From positions 160,580,001-160,644,000 of the forward strand of contig OZ024742.1 of assembly GCA_964016885.1 (NCBI GenBank): a stretch of DNA of 64,000 nucleotides, in the 5' to 3' direction. The notes under the pieces were generated by a model. The model saw only the letters and a program-made list of their open reading frames with translations. It did no database searches and had not been told where the DNA came from. Both the position numbers and the translations under genes were made by a program. The DNA comes from Eledone cirrhosa. Taxonomy: Eukaryota. Below are positions 50,250 through 64,000 of the stretch, one piece after another. Every line of letters starts with the position of its first letter. The stretch's first letter is position 1.

Positions 50250-53187
50250 GATAGATAGACAGACAGACAGGTAGACAAAGAGACAGATAGATAAATTTCT
50301 TTATTAGCCACAAGGGCACAAAAGAAGGGGACAAATACAAATGGGGAGTTTACATACAGGTATATGAAAATAGAACTATTAATAAAATAACAAATAACAA
50401 TTGAAATCCCCAATAGGGGGAGGCGTTACACAGGGGTTGTACACACCCAGAAAAAATGTACAACCCTCATCTCCAGGAGCACCAAGAGTGAGTAGTCCCC
50501 TCCTCTCTTTCTCTTTTTCCTCAATCTACAGGCTTATATAGAGAGAAGACCCAATCGCTCGGGCCATCTTTGCCACATTCACCCACCTTTTATAAAATTT
50601 GCTGGGGTACAGCACCTCTCTCTCCATCCTGATTCTTCTTCCAAAATGATATTTGAAAAGACGAATCAGTTGTTGGCTGGAGAGAAAGGTGTCTGACCTC
50701 AGCCCTTTTAACCTCGTCCACCATATAACCTCTTTCACCATAGCCATAACACATAGGAAAACTGCCTCTCCTTCGTTTTTGAAGGAGGGTGGCGGTTTGA
50801 TCATGACAATGGACTCGGTGGTCAACTGGATTGGTCCCACCCGCGACAATTGTCGTTCTCCATAGCCCCACAGGTCGGTAACGTCCAGGCCATGTACAAA
50901 TGCGTGCGCGACGGTTTCCTCGTTGCGCACGCATCTCGGACAGATCTTTTTCGAAGGGTCCTTTCCCGGGCGCCCGTGTCTGTAGAGCTTCTCTCGAACT
51001 GGTAGAGCTCCTCGGTAACACTGCCAGGCCAGGGACTTTTGGAAGTTGTCCATCGGTCCCGGGCGGAAGGTCCTACCGAACAGACTGGCCAGTTCGTCTT
51101 CCTCTACGCCTAGAGTTTCTCCGAGCGCGTCGTCGCACTTGCTGCGGACCAACCCTCTATAGAATGACGAAGTGGACTCTCCACTGATCGCCGGGTTCGC
51201 CTGCCAGAGGGTTGTGAGCACCTGAACAGTCGCCCATTTTCCTCGGTCTTTGCTTGACCCAGGACTGCAGCTCGGTCAGCGAGACGAGTCGTGGGAAGGC
51301 TCGCCTCACGAACGGGGCCCACACCGGTTGTTCGGTGAGAAATACGTGGAGGTGCCGCAGCCTGAACGCCTGTTTGCGCATCGTCAGCCACGGCATCCCC
51401 AGCCCCCGTTTGAAGGGTGTTGGAAGCAGATGGATCTTCTCACCAAAGGAGCCCGTTTCTTCCAAAGGAATTGGAAGAGCGCGCGCTCCATTTTGGTGAG
51501 TGTTTTGGTTGGACAAGGCACGACGGTCAAGCGGTAGTAGATGACGGACTCTATAAAAGTGTTCGCCACCTCCGCTCGACCTTTCAAGGATAGTTTGCAC
51601 TCAGCCCACTTCTGGGTGAGCGCAAACACCTTGGCCGTCACCTCGTTCCAGTTCTTCTCCCCCTGGAGGTCAGGACCAAACCAGACCCCGAGCAGCTTTA
51701 CCCGTCCTTCCGTCCAGCGTCCGACGACGCCATCGGAAGGCATCGGTTTGCCTCTCCACGTTGCGAGTTGCAAACCGACGGATTTGTTCCGGTTCAGCTT
51801 CGCTCCTGTGAACCTTTCGTATTCCTTCAGTAAGGTGCCGACCTCCCCGATTTGCGAGGTGCTCCACACCATTACTGTTATGTCGTCGGCGTAGGCCGAC
51901 GCCGCTTTTCGCAGTCCTGGTTCCAAAGGGATACCCTGCAATAGCTCCAACTTCCGCAGTAGTGACTCGAGAGTCAGTACGTACAGAAGGGAGGAGAGAG
52001 GGTATACCTGTCAGATGGATCGCGTGATATGGAACGGCTCCGAGAGGTAGCCGTTCACCTTGACCTTTGAGCAGATGTTGCTGTTATGCATTGCAGCAAT
52101 CGAGCCCCTGAACACGGGTCCGAAGCCTGCCGCCTCGAGCACCACATCCAGGTAACGATGGTCAACCCTATCGAAAGCCCTAGACTGATCCAAGTTGATC
52201 AGGGCCCCACCGAAGCCAGGTTTACACCCTACACTCTCTATGATGTATCGCATGAGGTGGAGGTTGTCGTGTATGGACCTGGTCGGAATTGCGCATGTCT
52301 GCGCTTCTCCCACCAGGTTTTCGACGACAAGCGCCAGCCTCTTTGCCAACACCTTGGCCAAAATCTGTAACTCTGTGTTTAGCAGAGTTATGGGCCGGAA
52401 GTTGCTTATGTCATCCCCCTTATTCTCGTCCTTCCTGACTAACGTGACTACGCCCTTGGTCACAGAACTGGGAATTCTCCCGTTCTGCTGCCAGTTGCAG
52501 TAGACCGCTTCCAGGAGACCGGAGAACACACGTCCGGCATTGTTACGTAAAATTCGTAGGGTAGACCGTCGAGACGTGGAGATTTGCGTTTGCCGCATTG
52601 GCTCAGTGCCCCTCCCCCCCTATCTCAGCGGCCGAGATCGGCCTTTCGCAGAACTTCGCCTCGCTGTCCGAGAGTCGCGGTAGGCCGTCGAGGCATGGAC
52701 CGAAATCCATAACCCCTGCCGGCGCGCCGCCCTGCCCGAACAGTTGAGCAAAGTGCCGGCTCATGTACCACGCGTCCGTCTTGGTTTTTCAATGACCGAA
52801 TCGTGGACTTGTTGCCACTTTTCGCCTTCGTCACTCTGGCCAAGCTAACAGCTTTGGCTCCCTCGTTTCCCAGAGCACGTATTTTGCTTCTGACAACGCA
52901 GCCTTCATGCTTTGCATCGAAGAACTGGTCCAAGGCCGTTCTCGTCGTTAGCACGCTGGCTACGTTGCCACTCCTAAGTGTATCTTCTACTTTATCTACC
53001 AGTTCCTTTTCGGTCTTATTTCTATCTAACACTAATTATTTACTAAAACCTATCGAGTCTAATCTAACTGCCCTCTTGAGAGAGTACCACCATCTGTTGT
53101 TGACAATGGCCCCCGTAAGTGCTGCTTAATTAAAGTGCTAATCCGTCTACTGTAGGCTTTGAATGTCGGTAACGACAAGTTCAGCTC
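50250..53187 (-). mobile_element. L1/Tx1-clade LINE, 5'-truncated just after the endonuclease, frameshifted ORF2 (50526-53187)
   Basis: ELNLSL, NFRPITLLNTE..ILAKVLAKRL, INLDQSRAFDRVDH, AYADD, GAKLN..KS, LSLKGR, GLGMP, CPRC..ET..H (zf-RVT); AATAAA then (TATC/TGTC)n at the 3' end. Confidence 0.9.
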
Positions 53188-53244
<57 letters not shown>

Positions 53245-54238
53245 TCTTTCTTTATTTGTCACAGGGGCGTACAAAAATGGGACATTACAAGACGTGAGGG
53301 CGGGGGTTTTACATAAAAATCATATAACTTTAACATTAATAAATAACAATAAACTATATATAATAAAATAACAATTGAAATCCCCAATAGGGGGGAACGT
53401 TACTGCAGGGTTGTTTTACACGTGGATAGAACAACCCGTGGATAGAACAACCCTCAACACCAGGAACACGTTTGTAGGTGTTCCTGTCTTCCCTCTGTTT
53501 ATCTTCCTCAACCTACAGGTTTATATACAGAGAAGGCCCATTCACTCGGGTCATTTTTCAGCACATTCACCCACCTTTCAGCGAACTTACTGGGATGTAG
53601 CACCTCTCTCTCCACTCTCACCTGCCTTCTGAAGTGGTACTTAAAGAAGGGGATAAGTTGTCCGGAGAGAATGGTGTTTGCCCTCAGTCCTTTTAACCTC
53701 GTCCACCATATTACCTCTTTCGTCATAGCCACCAGATGGACTCGGCTGACAACTGGATGCGTCCTACACGTGACAGTAGCTGTTCGACATAATTCCACAG
53801 GTCGGTCACCCCTGGGCACTGAACAATTGCGTCCAGAATGGTTTCGATGTCCTGCTCGCATCTTGGAGGGGTCCTTTTGCCAGGGCGTCCGTGCCTGTAG
53901 ATTTTGTCTCGAACTGGTAGAGCTCCTCGGTAGCACTGCCAGGCTAGATACCTCTGGAAGTTATCCATAGGCCCTGGACGGAAAGTCCTCCCGGACAGAC
54001 TGGTCAGTTCGTCTTGCTCGATTCCTAGAGTTTCACCGAGAACATCGTCGCACTTATCCTCCACTAATCCCCTATAGAATGTCGAAGTGGAGTCTCCGCT
54101 GATTGCCGTTTCCGCTTGGTAGAGGGCTGTGAGCGCCTGGAGGCACTTGAGGTGCCAGGCGCCCATTTTCGGTCTTCGCTTGACCCAGGACTGCAGCTCT
54201 GTTAGTGAGACGAGTTGTGGAAGAGCTCGTCTCACAAG
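53188..54238 (-). mobile_element. Second, shorter copy of the same L1/Tx1 family (3' ~1 kb)
   Basis: Homologous to 50300-51310 (RRALPQLVSLTELQSWVK, PGPMDNFQ..AWQCYRGALPVR); ends AATAAA..(TATC)n at 53188-53244. Confidence 0.88.
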
Positions 54239-56261
54239 CGAGTTCGTGGTGTCGACCTTTAAGAGGATCTCCAATGGACAACTGATAAGAATTGACTGTC
54301 CGGTGTTTCGTCCGTTTTTCCGTTGATTTTTCATTTTACTTGATCTTAGCCTCGCAGGGCACTTTTTCAAATTTATTACACCTCCTGCGTTCTTTGTTCT
54401 TTCCTCTCTTTCTTTTTATCACTTACTCTCCCCCCCCCTCTCTCTCGCTCTGCTTCTCCCGTGTTGTGTCTGTCTATATAGGACTTATGGTCAAAGGAAT
54501 ATCTTTTTTTCAATGAATGTTTGTATACTCTTTGATTCTTCCACCTTCCCTTTCTCACTGCACCTTCTATGCATACTTTCTCTTCTTGGCTAATATGTTG
54601 CGATTTGTTTCTATCTGTTCTTTCTAGTTGTAGCACATTGCTTTTTTTTGGCAATTTTTATTTGTAAATGTAAATAGTCGAAAGACCAGTCGTCCTGTTT
54701 TGTGTCTATTTGTTACTGTCTCATGTACACTGGAGATAGCGGTATCGACTTAAAAGTACTGAAACCAGAAGAACTCCAGAGTTCAACTGATGAGAAGTTA
54801 TTGCCCTGTTTTTCGACCGTTTTTCCCTTGTCTTCGCCCACATATATATATATATATATATATATAACGAAGGAAATGTGGTAAGGAACCAGATGGACCA
54901 TAACGCACCAAAATACTCAATACTTAGGGTAGTAGAGTGGGTAATAGGAACAAGTATGACCCCGACGCCAGAGCTCAAGCCGTTTCGACAGCTAATTCTG
55001 CCGTCGGGGTCATAGTTGTTCCTATATATATATATCTTTCTCACACCTCATTCACGGCGGATGGTCTGTTTTCTGACCGCTCATGAAATTCACCCAGCTT
55101 ATGCTGACCGGATAACCATCATGTTGCTTGCTGTTTTCCTACCTTCGGTTTGCTTTTCCTTCTATGTTGTTTACTTGTCTCGCTCGCTTTACGCGATTCA
55201 CTTGTCCCAATAGCTTATTTTAGTTATTGCTCGCACCAACCTGAGGTATCTGATTTTTAATGCGATGAAATACCAATGATGGTTGGCAAATCACTGATGA
55301 GGGACTAATTTTATAATATGTAACCCATGTGCAACTACGCAGTATTCCTCTTTCTTCCCATGTTTTTCACATATATATATATATATATTGTTTAGTCTCA
55401 TGATCTGAGTGGATATATGTCTTCGCTTTTTTGTGAGAGAGAGAGTGGGGAGAAATATATATACATACATACATGATGGCTGCTCTCGTTAGCGAGTATG
55501 GCCATTGCACGATATAATATTATTAACATTATCAATTAATGCTACCGTGCAATGCCTGTGTGGGAAGATTCTTTTTAAAGTGAGGAAAGACTGTGCACTG
55601 AGCCAATCCCACTCTCTGAAACAGTAGCTATAACCCAAAAAGAAAAGATCAGCATAATCAGTAACTACTGAGCCGCAGGTTTTATGTCGGAGTTATCCCA
55701 GTTTCCTGAGTTGCCTTCTCCTAGAAGAATGCCTTGACAAAGGCTAGGGGTCCTTCACTCCCAGTAGTTTAACTGCGCGATCGGGTATCCAGCCCAATTA
55801 TTTCTATGTCCCCGCGCATATATATATATACATTTGCATGCAATTATTCTCATATATACATATATATGCACATGTATATATGAATACATATATTTACACA
55901 TTTTGGGATGGCCGTTGACTCTTATGAGTTCTTCCGCCATTTGTCAGGTTTTGTTTTTTGACCTGCAGGGTGTGGAAAATTACCCTCCCCACGAAGTAAA
56001 CTTGGTGGGGTTGCCGGTTTAGTCGCCGACGACCCAACCATACAACAGGTTGTACTGGGTTACATTTTACCCGTAGCACTGACGAGTGACCTCACATGCA
56101 TACATACATACATAAGTACTGTATGTCTACCTGTATGTAGTGTATATATAAATAACTTTACGATTTTTTGTTAACAATGCCTGTTCCTAGCTCTTGCTGA
56201 GCATACCACTATCAGATAAATACACAACTTGTGTTACATAAATATTCGCTTTATAATAATT

Positions 56262-56420
56262 GCTTTTACTTTTGGCACAAGGCCAGCAATCTGGAGGGAA
56301 GAGGAAAGTAAATTAAATCAACCTCAGTACGTTAATGGTACTGTATTTTATCGGCCCGTAAAGGTGAAAGGCAAATCTAACCCTGGCGGGAATTTGAACT
56401 CACAAAGTAAAGAGCCGTAG
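56262..56420 (-). mobile_element. tRNA-derived SINE
   Basis: Reverse complement of the SINE core and B-box. Confidence 0.7.
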
Positions 56421-56627
56421 ACAATTACTTGTATTTTGTCTAAACAATTACAATGTATTTTGTCCGATCTTCTGACAATTCTGACATACCTACATACATA
56501 CATAAATGCTTACATACGTACATACATACATACATGTATACATATATACATGCATACATCCATTCATACATACATTCATACATACATGCATACATACATA
56601 TATCTACCTAGATACATACATCAATGG

Positions 56628-56658
<31 letters not shown>

Positions 56659-56878
56659 CATAATTAGTTTACAACGACGGAACCAGTAGCGTGTAGTTGC
56701 AGGATAAGACAAATATAAGAGTGTGTGATCAAGACAGCTCTTTAGTTGCAGGGTGGCATAGCGTCGTGAGAAAGTGAAGTAAAGCGATGGGTTGGGGGCA
56801 AAACACGAAATCAAAATAACATTAAATTGGCTAGATTAGATTACAATAAATCTCATTTATTCTTTCACTCTTTTCGAT

Positions 56879-56945
<67 letters not shown>

Positions 56946-57197
56946 CTCACCCTCTACTTCTGTCTTTCTTCTCTTTCTCATCCCTTTCCTCCGCCTCTCT
57001 CTCTCTCTCATTCTATCTCTCTTTCTCTCTCTCTCTATCTCTATCTATCTTTATCTCACCCTCTACTTCTGTCTTCTCTTTCTCATCCCTTTACTCCGCC
57101 TTTCTCTTTCTCTCATTCTCTCTCTCTTTCTCTCTCTATATATATCTTTATCTCATCCTCTACTTCTGTCTTTCTTCTCTTTGTCATCCCTGTTCTC

Positions 57198-57276
<79 letters not shown>

Positions 57277-58420
57277 TGCTCTAGTTCTTCTCCCGCACTC
57301 TCACACTCGCTTTGTCTAACTTCTTTCTTCCTCTCTCACACACTTTCTGTCTTTCATTCTCTTCCTCTCTCTTCTTCTTTCTATCTTCACTTTCACATAC
57401 TCTCATGGTCTCACTTCCTTCTCTTTTACACAGTCTGTCTCTCTTCCACTCCCCCCTCTCTCTCCCTTTCTCTCTTTGTCTCTCACACCTTCTCTCTGTT
57501 TCTCTCTCACACCTTTTCTCTGTTTCTTTTCTGTCTTTTCTCCTTCCTTGTTGCATTTTTGTTATTTCTAGTGCACATATATGCGTGAGTGCATTTGTGT
57601 TTGTATGTGTGTGGGGAGTGTATGCATGTGTATGTGTTTCTTCAAAGTCTTAAAAGGCTCAGAAGATTCGTTAGTTCCGGTTTTACGGCATTCTGGATTT
57701 GTGGAATTGTGAAATATGCTTAGAAAAAGAGACGTCACAAAAATACAAAATATTTCAAAGTGGCCATACACTGGAACATACCAATTTATATATACAAGGC
57801 GATTAAAGGAATCCTATGAGAAACAACATCAAAGAAACAATATCCCTTCATCAATTTCCATTCTAACCAGGACGGGCGCTACCATTAGCTGAACTTGACG
57901 CAAACCTCTCTGTGGCGCATTACTGAACCTTAGAATATCAGTTTTAGACAAATTTGTATCCTTCTCTCAGACATTGTATTATATTTGCATTATCCAAAGT
58001 CTCCTTTGTTCATAGTTACACTATATTATTCTTATATTTTTTTACTTGTTTCAGTCAATAGACAGCGGCTATGCTGAGGGACCGCTTGATTTAGTCAATC
58101 ATATCAACCTACTTATTTGTTTACAACCTTGTTTGGTACATACAAAGCCTGATCGACTTCCACCTGGCACTCTTCTTGGAGTTCAACTGGACAAAATCAC
58201 ACACTGAGAGTTATGTTAAGAGTACAAATGTTTGATGAATGCCTCCTCACTTGTAGGTTAATTTCAAGAGCAGGCAGATGCAATATATAAATACAACCTG
58301 AAAACAATATGCTACACATCTACTCCAGGAGTGCACATACCTTCGTGACTGAGAACGAGACAAACTTGCAACGACATATTTGATTTTGTGATTTATTTAC
58401 TTTAATATATAAGTGCAATA

Positions 58421-58605
58421 GGGCGGTGGATTGGTAGTATCGGTAGAGCGCTGGACCAACACGCTTTATGGCATAGGGTTATGCCTTTTTATGTTCTTAG
58501 TCCAAATCTTGCCGAGGTTAGCTTCGCCTTTCATCCTTATGGGGTCGATAAAATAAAGTACCAGTAATGCACTGGGGTCGATTTAATCGACTTCTTCTCC
58601 CCTAA
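58421..58605 (+). mobile_element. tRNA-derived SINE (a further decayed copy at ~58755-58950)
   Basis: GGGCGGTGGATTGGTAGTATCGGTAGAGCG head and core. Confidence 0.8.
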
Positions 58606-59692
58606 ATAAGAAATTATTTTTGCTGGAGCTAGAAACGTATGCAGACATGTACACAGAAATTTGTACTTATTGTAGAATGACTGACTTTCTTCTGTCTCAA
58701 ATTACTGGCCTTGTGCCCATGATAGAAATAATTATTATAGATTGTTCCAGGGTATTTGACTGGCAATATCAGTAGAGCGTCGGGCAAAATGCTTCGTGAT
58801 ATTTAGTTACGATTTTCTTCGGCCTGAGGTCGCACAAACTTTGCATTTACTCCTTCCCAGGTCAATAAAATATAGCTCAATTAAGTGCTGGGATTAATAT
58901 AATCGGCGTTCATTTCCGCTCAAATTACTAGCATTGTACCTAAAATATAACCCATTATTATAGATTGATTCAATCTCCAAGTTTTAATTCGTGGCAGATT
59001 TAATAAAATAAAATTAAAAAAAATTAGAAGAGCCTCAGAACTATTTGAGTTAGGCTAAAGAGATGCATCTGGCTCCGGAGATACAGATTCCCTCCTTATG
59101 GTTTAGGGTGACTGACATTTAGACAGAATATTCTTTGTAATAAAGCAACACATACGTTTAAGGATAGGATCTATGACGGTCACGCGAAATGACTAAAGTC
59201 GTCACCCCAAGGAGTTAAAATGCAATATGGTTCTTGCTGGCTACGACAAACCAACGATATTTCTTGGTGGTGGAGGTAGTAATGGTGGTATAGAGGACGG
59301 TTGTGGTGCTTGTGATGGTTGCGTTTGTGATGGCGCTGGTTGTGGTAGTGGTGGCTATGATGGTGGTATAGAGGAAGAGGGAGGTATCTGTACAAGAGTT
59401 CTTCTTTTTAATAGCTAATATGAAATATTTCTCTAGTTTATACACACATCAGTAAATAAATAATTACTTCTTCTCACCAGTGTACAGATGGTGTTAGCAA
59501 TAGCTACCATATGACGCTGTTGTCTCTGTTATGGTGGTTGCGCAACCGACATCAGCCTGTAAACTAATGTAGTAGCCTGACATGAGTATCTATATGTATG
59601 TGAGTATATGTGTGTTTGTGTTTGTGTATGAATGTGTGTATGTTTGCGTGTGTTTCTTACTGAACTGCCAGGTATAGCATAATAAAAGAATG

Positions 59693-60265
59693 AAATAATT
59701 GTTTCTACTTTTGGCACAAGGCCACAATTACCCAGTACATTACTGGTACTTTATTTTATCCACCCCGTAAGGACGAAAGGCAAAGTTTAGAAAAGGATGA
59801 AATAATTGTTTCTACTATTGGCACAATGGCCAGAAATTACCCAGTACATTACTGGTACTTTATTACCCGTAAGGATGAAAGGCAAAGTTAACCTCGGCGG
59901 GATTTGAACTCAGAATGGCAAGGGCCGTAACTCTATGCGTCAAAGAATGAAATAATGAAGGTGGACTCGAGAGACACAGAATTACGCACGCACACACGCA
60001 CACACACATGTATATATATACACACACACATACACAAGCACACACATACTTATAAATGGCGGTGGATTGGCAGATTCGGTAGAGAGTCCGACACCATACT
60101 TTGCGAAATAGAGTTACGACCCTTTACGGTCTGAGTTCAAATCCTGCTGAGGTTAGCTTTGCCTTTCATCCTTACGGGGGTCGATGAAATAAAGTACCAG
60201 TCACGCACTGGGGTCGATTTAATCGGCTCTTCCATCCCCAAATAATTGCTGGACCTGTACCTACA
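59693..60265. mobile_element. SINE cluster: two truncated minus copies (59693-59945) and one full plus copy (60058-60265)
   Basis: Core and head motifs as above. Confidence 0.8.
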
Positions 60266-61271
60266 TCACAAACGATTACCATTGTTGATGTTGTTGTTAT
60301 AGGGATTATCTGCCCTATGTTTAAGCTTTTATCGTTTCGATATCGAAATGGCAAGATCTGATAACAATATCTGCCGTCAGAGGAAGGAGCCCTGCGAGGT
60401 GGGGTAGCTGTTGCAGCGGGTGTCGCTGGCCATTGTCCGCGAAAATGCGTTTGCAGTTTTGTCCGCGGGGTGCTGCCGAAACACCACCCGCCCTAGGTAG
60501 AGCCTCTCACTCTCTCCCCTTCTTCTCTTTCTTCCGTGGCTTTACAGACCTTGCTCTTTCCCTAATTTTCCTCTCATTTATGACATTTATAGTCCTTTCC
60601 TCTATTTTCCTATACAGCCAGATCTGCCCTTCTTTCCTGCTTAAACCCTTTCCATTACTTAATTTTGCTTTTATCTTTTTGTTTAATATTTCCATCATTG
60701 TGTAACCTCTTTCTGTAAAATATACTTCTCTTAGAGAGAAAAATAGATGAAATGTTACCAGTTAAGATTCGTAAGCATAATAGAATATATAATAGAATAT
60801 ATAATAGAATATATAATAAGGTAGTAATAAATTACTGACCTTCACTGTTTAGGGTTTAAAATATACATAACTATAAAAAGTTTCAGTATATACATAACTA
60901 TAAATAGTATCCTTAATATTATATATATATATATATTTAAATTTTGAAGGCCAAAAATTTAACGATCACAAATATTTTCGGGTTTAAAAACTCATTATCA
61001 AGGGGGATTTAAGTGATTTCACTTAAATCTGCTCCCATACAAACAAGTCTATTCGATCGATTTTTAAGTCTCTTATAGATTACTCCCTTGATAATAATAG
61101 GTTTTTAAATATTTTGGATCGTTAAATTTACTAAGGTAGCATTCTTTTGTTATCTTGGCAATTTAATATTCTTCATAACACATTGTTTTGGTCTTCAAAA
61201 AATAAATGTGTGTCTCCTATTAAACAATTCTTCAAGCAAGTTACAAAGTTCTGTTATATATATATACATAA

Positions 61272-61319
<48 letters not shown>

Positions 61320-61885
61320 GTAAACATCTATATGGGGTTGGGTGTTTAACAACATAAAATACTCGCTTGGACAGCATTTTTAAGCAACAAAGTATTCCAT
61401 CTTTTTAAAGTTTTGACAAATACTGTAGACAGTAAGACAGTATATTGCTGTCGATTAACAAGCTTGTCGTCTTTTCTCGTGTTGTAATAATCATTTATTA
61501 GGAGATAACTGTAAACTTTGACCAAAATTTCTGAAAAATAATACTAACATGACTTACAACTTTATATTAGCTACTCCTTCATTCTTTCTCTCCAGACATT
61601 ATCTCTGTCATCTCCGTCAGTGATCTTTTTACTAGAGAGCAAACTCGATAATTCATTTAAACATTATGGCTTTATGCGTGCGTTTATGTATCTGTATGTG
61701 TATAAGTGTTTGCACACGTGTGTGTGTTTTTCTTTTTAATATTATTTTTGGTAAGTGTGTGAGAAGGCGGCAACTTGACGTTAAACAAATTGCTTTGCGA
61801 TATAATTATTATTGTTTGACGAACTCCCAATCGGTATTTACATAAGCAACTTCATATTCTGAGTTCAAATCCTGCCGGAGTCAAT

Positions 61886-62247
61886 TTTGCTTTTCATTCT
61901 TTGCTTTTCATTCTTTGCTTTTCATTCTTTGCTTTTCATTCTTTGCTTTTCATTCTTTGCTTTTCGTTCTTTGCTTTTCATTCTTTGCTTTTCGTTCTTT
62001 GCTTTTCATTCTTTGCTTTTCATTTTTTGCTTTTCGTTCTTTGCTTTTCATTCTTTGCTTTTCGTTCTTTGCTTTTCGTTCTTTGCTTTTCATTCTTTGC
62101 TTTTCATTCTTTGCTTTTCATTTTTTGCTTTTCGTTCTTTGCTTTTCATTCTTTGCTTTTCATTTTTTGCTTTTCGTTCTTTGCTTTTCATTTTTTGCTT
62201 TTCGTTCTTTGCTTTTCATTCTTTGCTTTTCATTCTTTGCTTTTCAT
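61886..62247 (+). repeat. 14-bp minisatellite (TTTGCTTTTCRTTY)n, ~26 units, inside a SINE
   Basis: Follows GAGTTCAAATCCTGCCGGAGTCAA and precedes GTACCAGTA. Confidence 0.92.
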
Positions 62248-62324
62248 TTTTTTTTTATTCTTCATTAACGTACCAGTAGATTCTCCTTCTATACCTTTCG
62301 CTGCTCCGACAGGATAACAGTCGA

Positions 62325-62510
62325 GTCCCTAGCAATGGAGACTTCTGATGCCCTTGACACTAGGGCCACCTTTCTACTCACCACCATAGGCGCTGAGCGC
62401 TGAGCTGACTAGCTGCAGGTATGAGATCGTGAGCTGGAGTATCTTTTCCAGCACATCTCCATCACCCTCTTCCGGGAAAACGCGTTCTCTATTCTGTCCG
62501 CCGGAGTTGT
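62325..62510 (+). pseudogene. C-terminal fragment of a CRE-like non-LTR retrotransposon endonuclease region
   Basis: LAMETSDALDTRATFLLTTIG...DRELEYLFQHISITLFRENAFSIL resembles AxETxG..G..RE..LFQRISxA.QRGNA.SIL. Confidence 0.6.
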
Positions 62511-63220
62511 GGGTTGGCCATCACATGGGACCCCATTTGGCTCAAAATAGTGAGAAATGGGCGAGAGAGACGGAGGTAATGACAGTGGGAGTTCGGCTCC
62601 TCGGATTTCGGACCTGGTGTACATGTGTGTAATAAAATTATCCAACTCCCTCTTCTTCACTAGAAATAGATTACGTCAAACCTGGAAAAGGATGTGCTCC
62701 ACTTGGTTTTAATGGCCAAGGCACGCTATATGCCACAACTCCATCACAAAATAAGAATCCACAGCAGGGACTGTAGATATCTAGTTATGAATTTTGTTGT
62801 TACTTATTTTTGTGTTGTATTCTTTGGTTTCTTGAAGAGGAGGAAAGGATTTTCATGGTTTTGTTAATATCTACTGTATTGTACATATTCGTATAAAACT
62901 GGGGAGCTAACATTTAGAACATACATACATATCTACATGCATAAATATATATATACACATTGGCGGACTGTGTCTAAAAATATTGGTTGTCAGGAAGAGA
63001 AAAAGAGGCCCACACACAACTACAATACTATCATTTAATTTTTATATCGAATACATTTTTTTTTAAATCCTGTATTTCTGTGTATGCAATTGACAGTAAA
63101 ATTGTAAAGTAAAAATACCGATTATAGAATATATTAAATATTTCTTACCTTCTCCAATAAAAAAGATCTTGTGAAATATAAACATCCACAAAGCCATATA
63201 TGTGTGTGTGGGGGGGGGGG

Positions 63221-63292
<72 letters not shown>

Positions 63293-63369
63293 TGTGTGTG
63301 CGTGTATATGTGTTGTGTGTGACTGTATATATACATACATGATGATGGTGATGATTGCTACAGCCAATG

Positions 63370-64000
63370 GAAGCTATAGCCAGACATACAAAGCTAGGGC
63401 ATGCGAGGCGAGCGGGGCAATGTCCAGCGATGCAAAATAAGACATAAACAGACACACAACGCTAGAGCTAGCGAGGCGAGCAGGGCAATGTCCAGCGATG
63501 CCAATGCAAGACATAACCAGACACACAAAGCTAGAGATTCCGAGGCGAGCGGCGCTTTTAGCACGGCTAAGCTAAAGGAAGCTATAGCCACAGCTAGAGC
63601 TTCCGCGGCGAGCAGTGTTTTTAGTACAGCTATGCCAAAGGAAGCTATAGCCACTGTTAGAGCTTCCGAGGCGAGCAGTGTTTTTAGTACAGCTATGCCA
63701 AAGGAAGCTATAGCCACAGTTAGAGCTTCCGAGGCGAGCAGTGTTTTTAGTGCAGCTATGCCAAAGGAAGCTATAGCCACTGTTAGAGCTTCCGAGGCGA
63801 GCAGTGTTTTTAGTACAGCTATGCCAAAGGAAGCTATAGCCACAGCTAGAGCTTCCGAGGCGAGCAGTGTTTTTAGTACAGCTATGCCAAAGGAAGCTAT
63901 AGCCACAGTTAGAGCTTCCGAGGCGAGCAGTGTTTTTAGTACAGCTATGCCAAAGGAAGCTATAGCCACAGTTAGAGCTTCCGAGGCGAGCAGTGTTTTT
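63370..64000. repeat. 63-bp GC-balanced minisatellite, running off the window end
   Basis: Unit GCTATGCCAAAGGAAGCTATAGCCACAGTTAGAGCTTCCGAGGCGAGCAGTGTTTTTAGTACA; degenerate units at the left edge. Confidence 0.93.

Noticed and set aside
49205-55360. Isolated CTGATGA motifs at ~49218 (-), 54787 and 55294
   Set aside because: No correctly placed GAAA and stem I partner; possibly decayed HHRs, not counted

Overview
Eukaryotic, AT-rich, microsatellite-dense DNA in which I can recognise no host gene. The SINE family and (TA)n load suggest a mollusc, probably an octopus; this is an inference. The window is dominated by Penelope-like elements (PLEs): two decayed Naiad-type PLEs (17-2906, 17711-21335) and a 5.9-kb near-perfect palindrome of two almost identical, uninterrupted RT+GIY-YIG ORFs (23645-29613). 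Many non-coding fold-back remnants accompany them, nearly all inserted in (TA)n tracts. By eye I find about 28 type I hammerhead ribozyme (HHR) cores, a few of them degenerate, from about 15 unrelated sequence families, all in the first 48.4 kb. They include natural core variants (U3:A8, U4C, U4A). One non-coding family with a ~410-445-nt monomer (10.4, 21.5, 39.5 and 42.0 kb) has one covarying HHR per monomer and head-to-tail permuted copies, which fits a retrozyme-like circular-RNA parasite of the PLE machinery. Also present: a Chapaev3-type DNA transposon with TIRs and TAA TSD, a hAT-type element with an 8-bp TSD, non-autonomous Helitrons, two tandem Tx1/L1-clade LINE fragments, HERO-, RTE- and CRE-like LINE fragments, many tRNA-derived SINEs and several minisatellites. 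Most short ORFs in the track are microsatellite or antisense artefacts. All family assignments come from motif recognition, not database searches.
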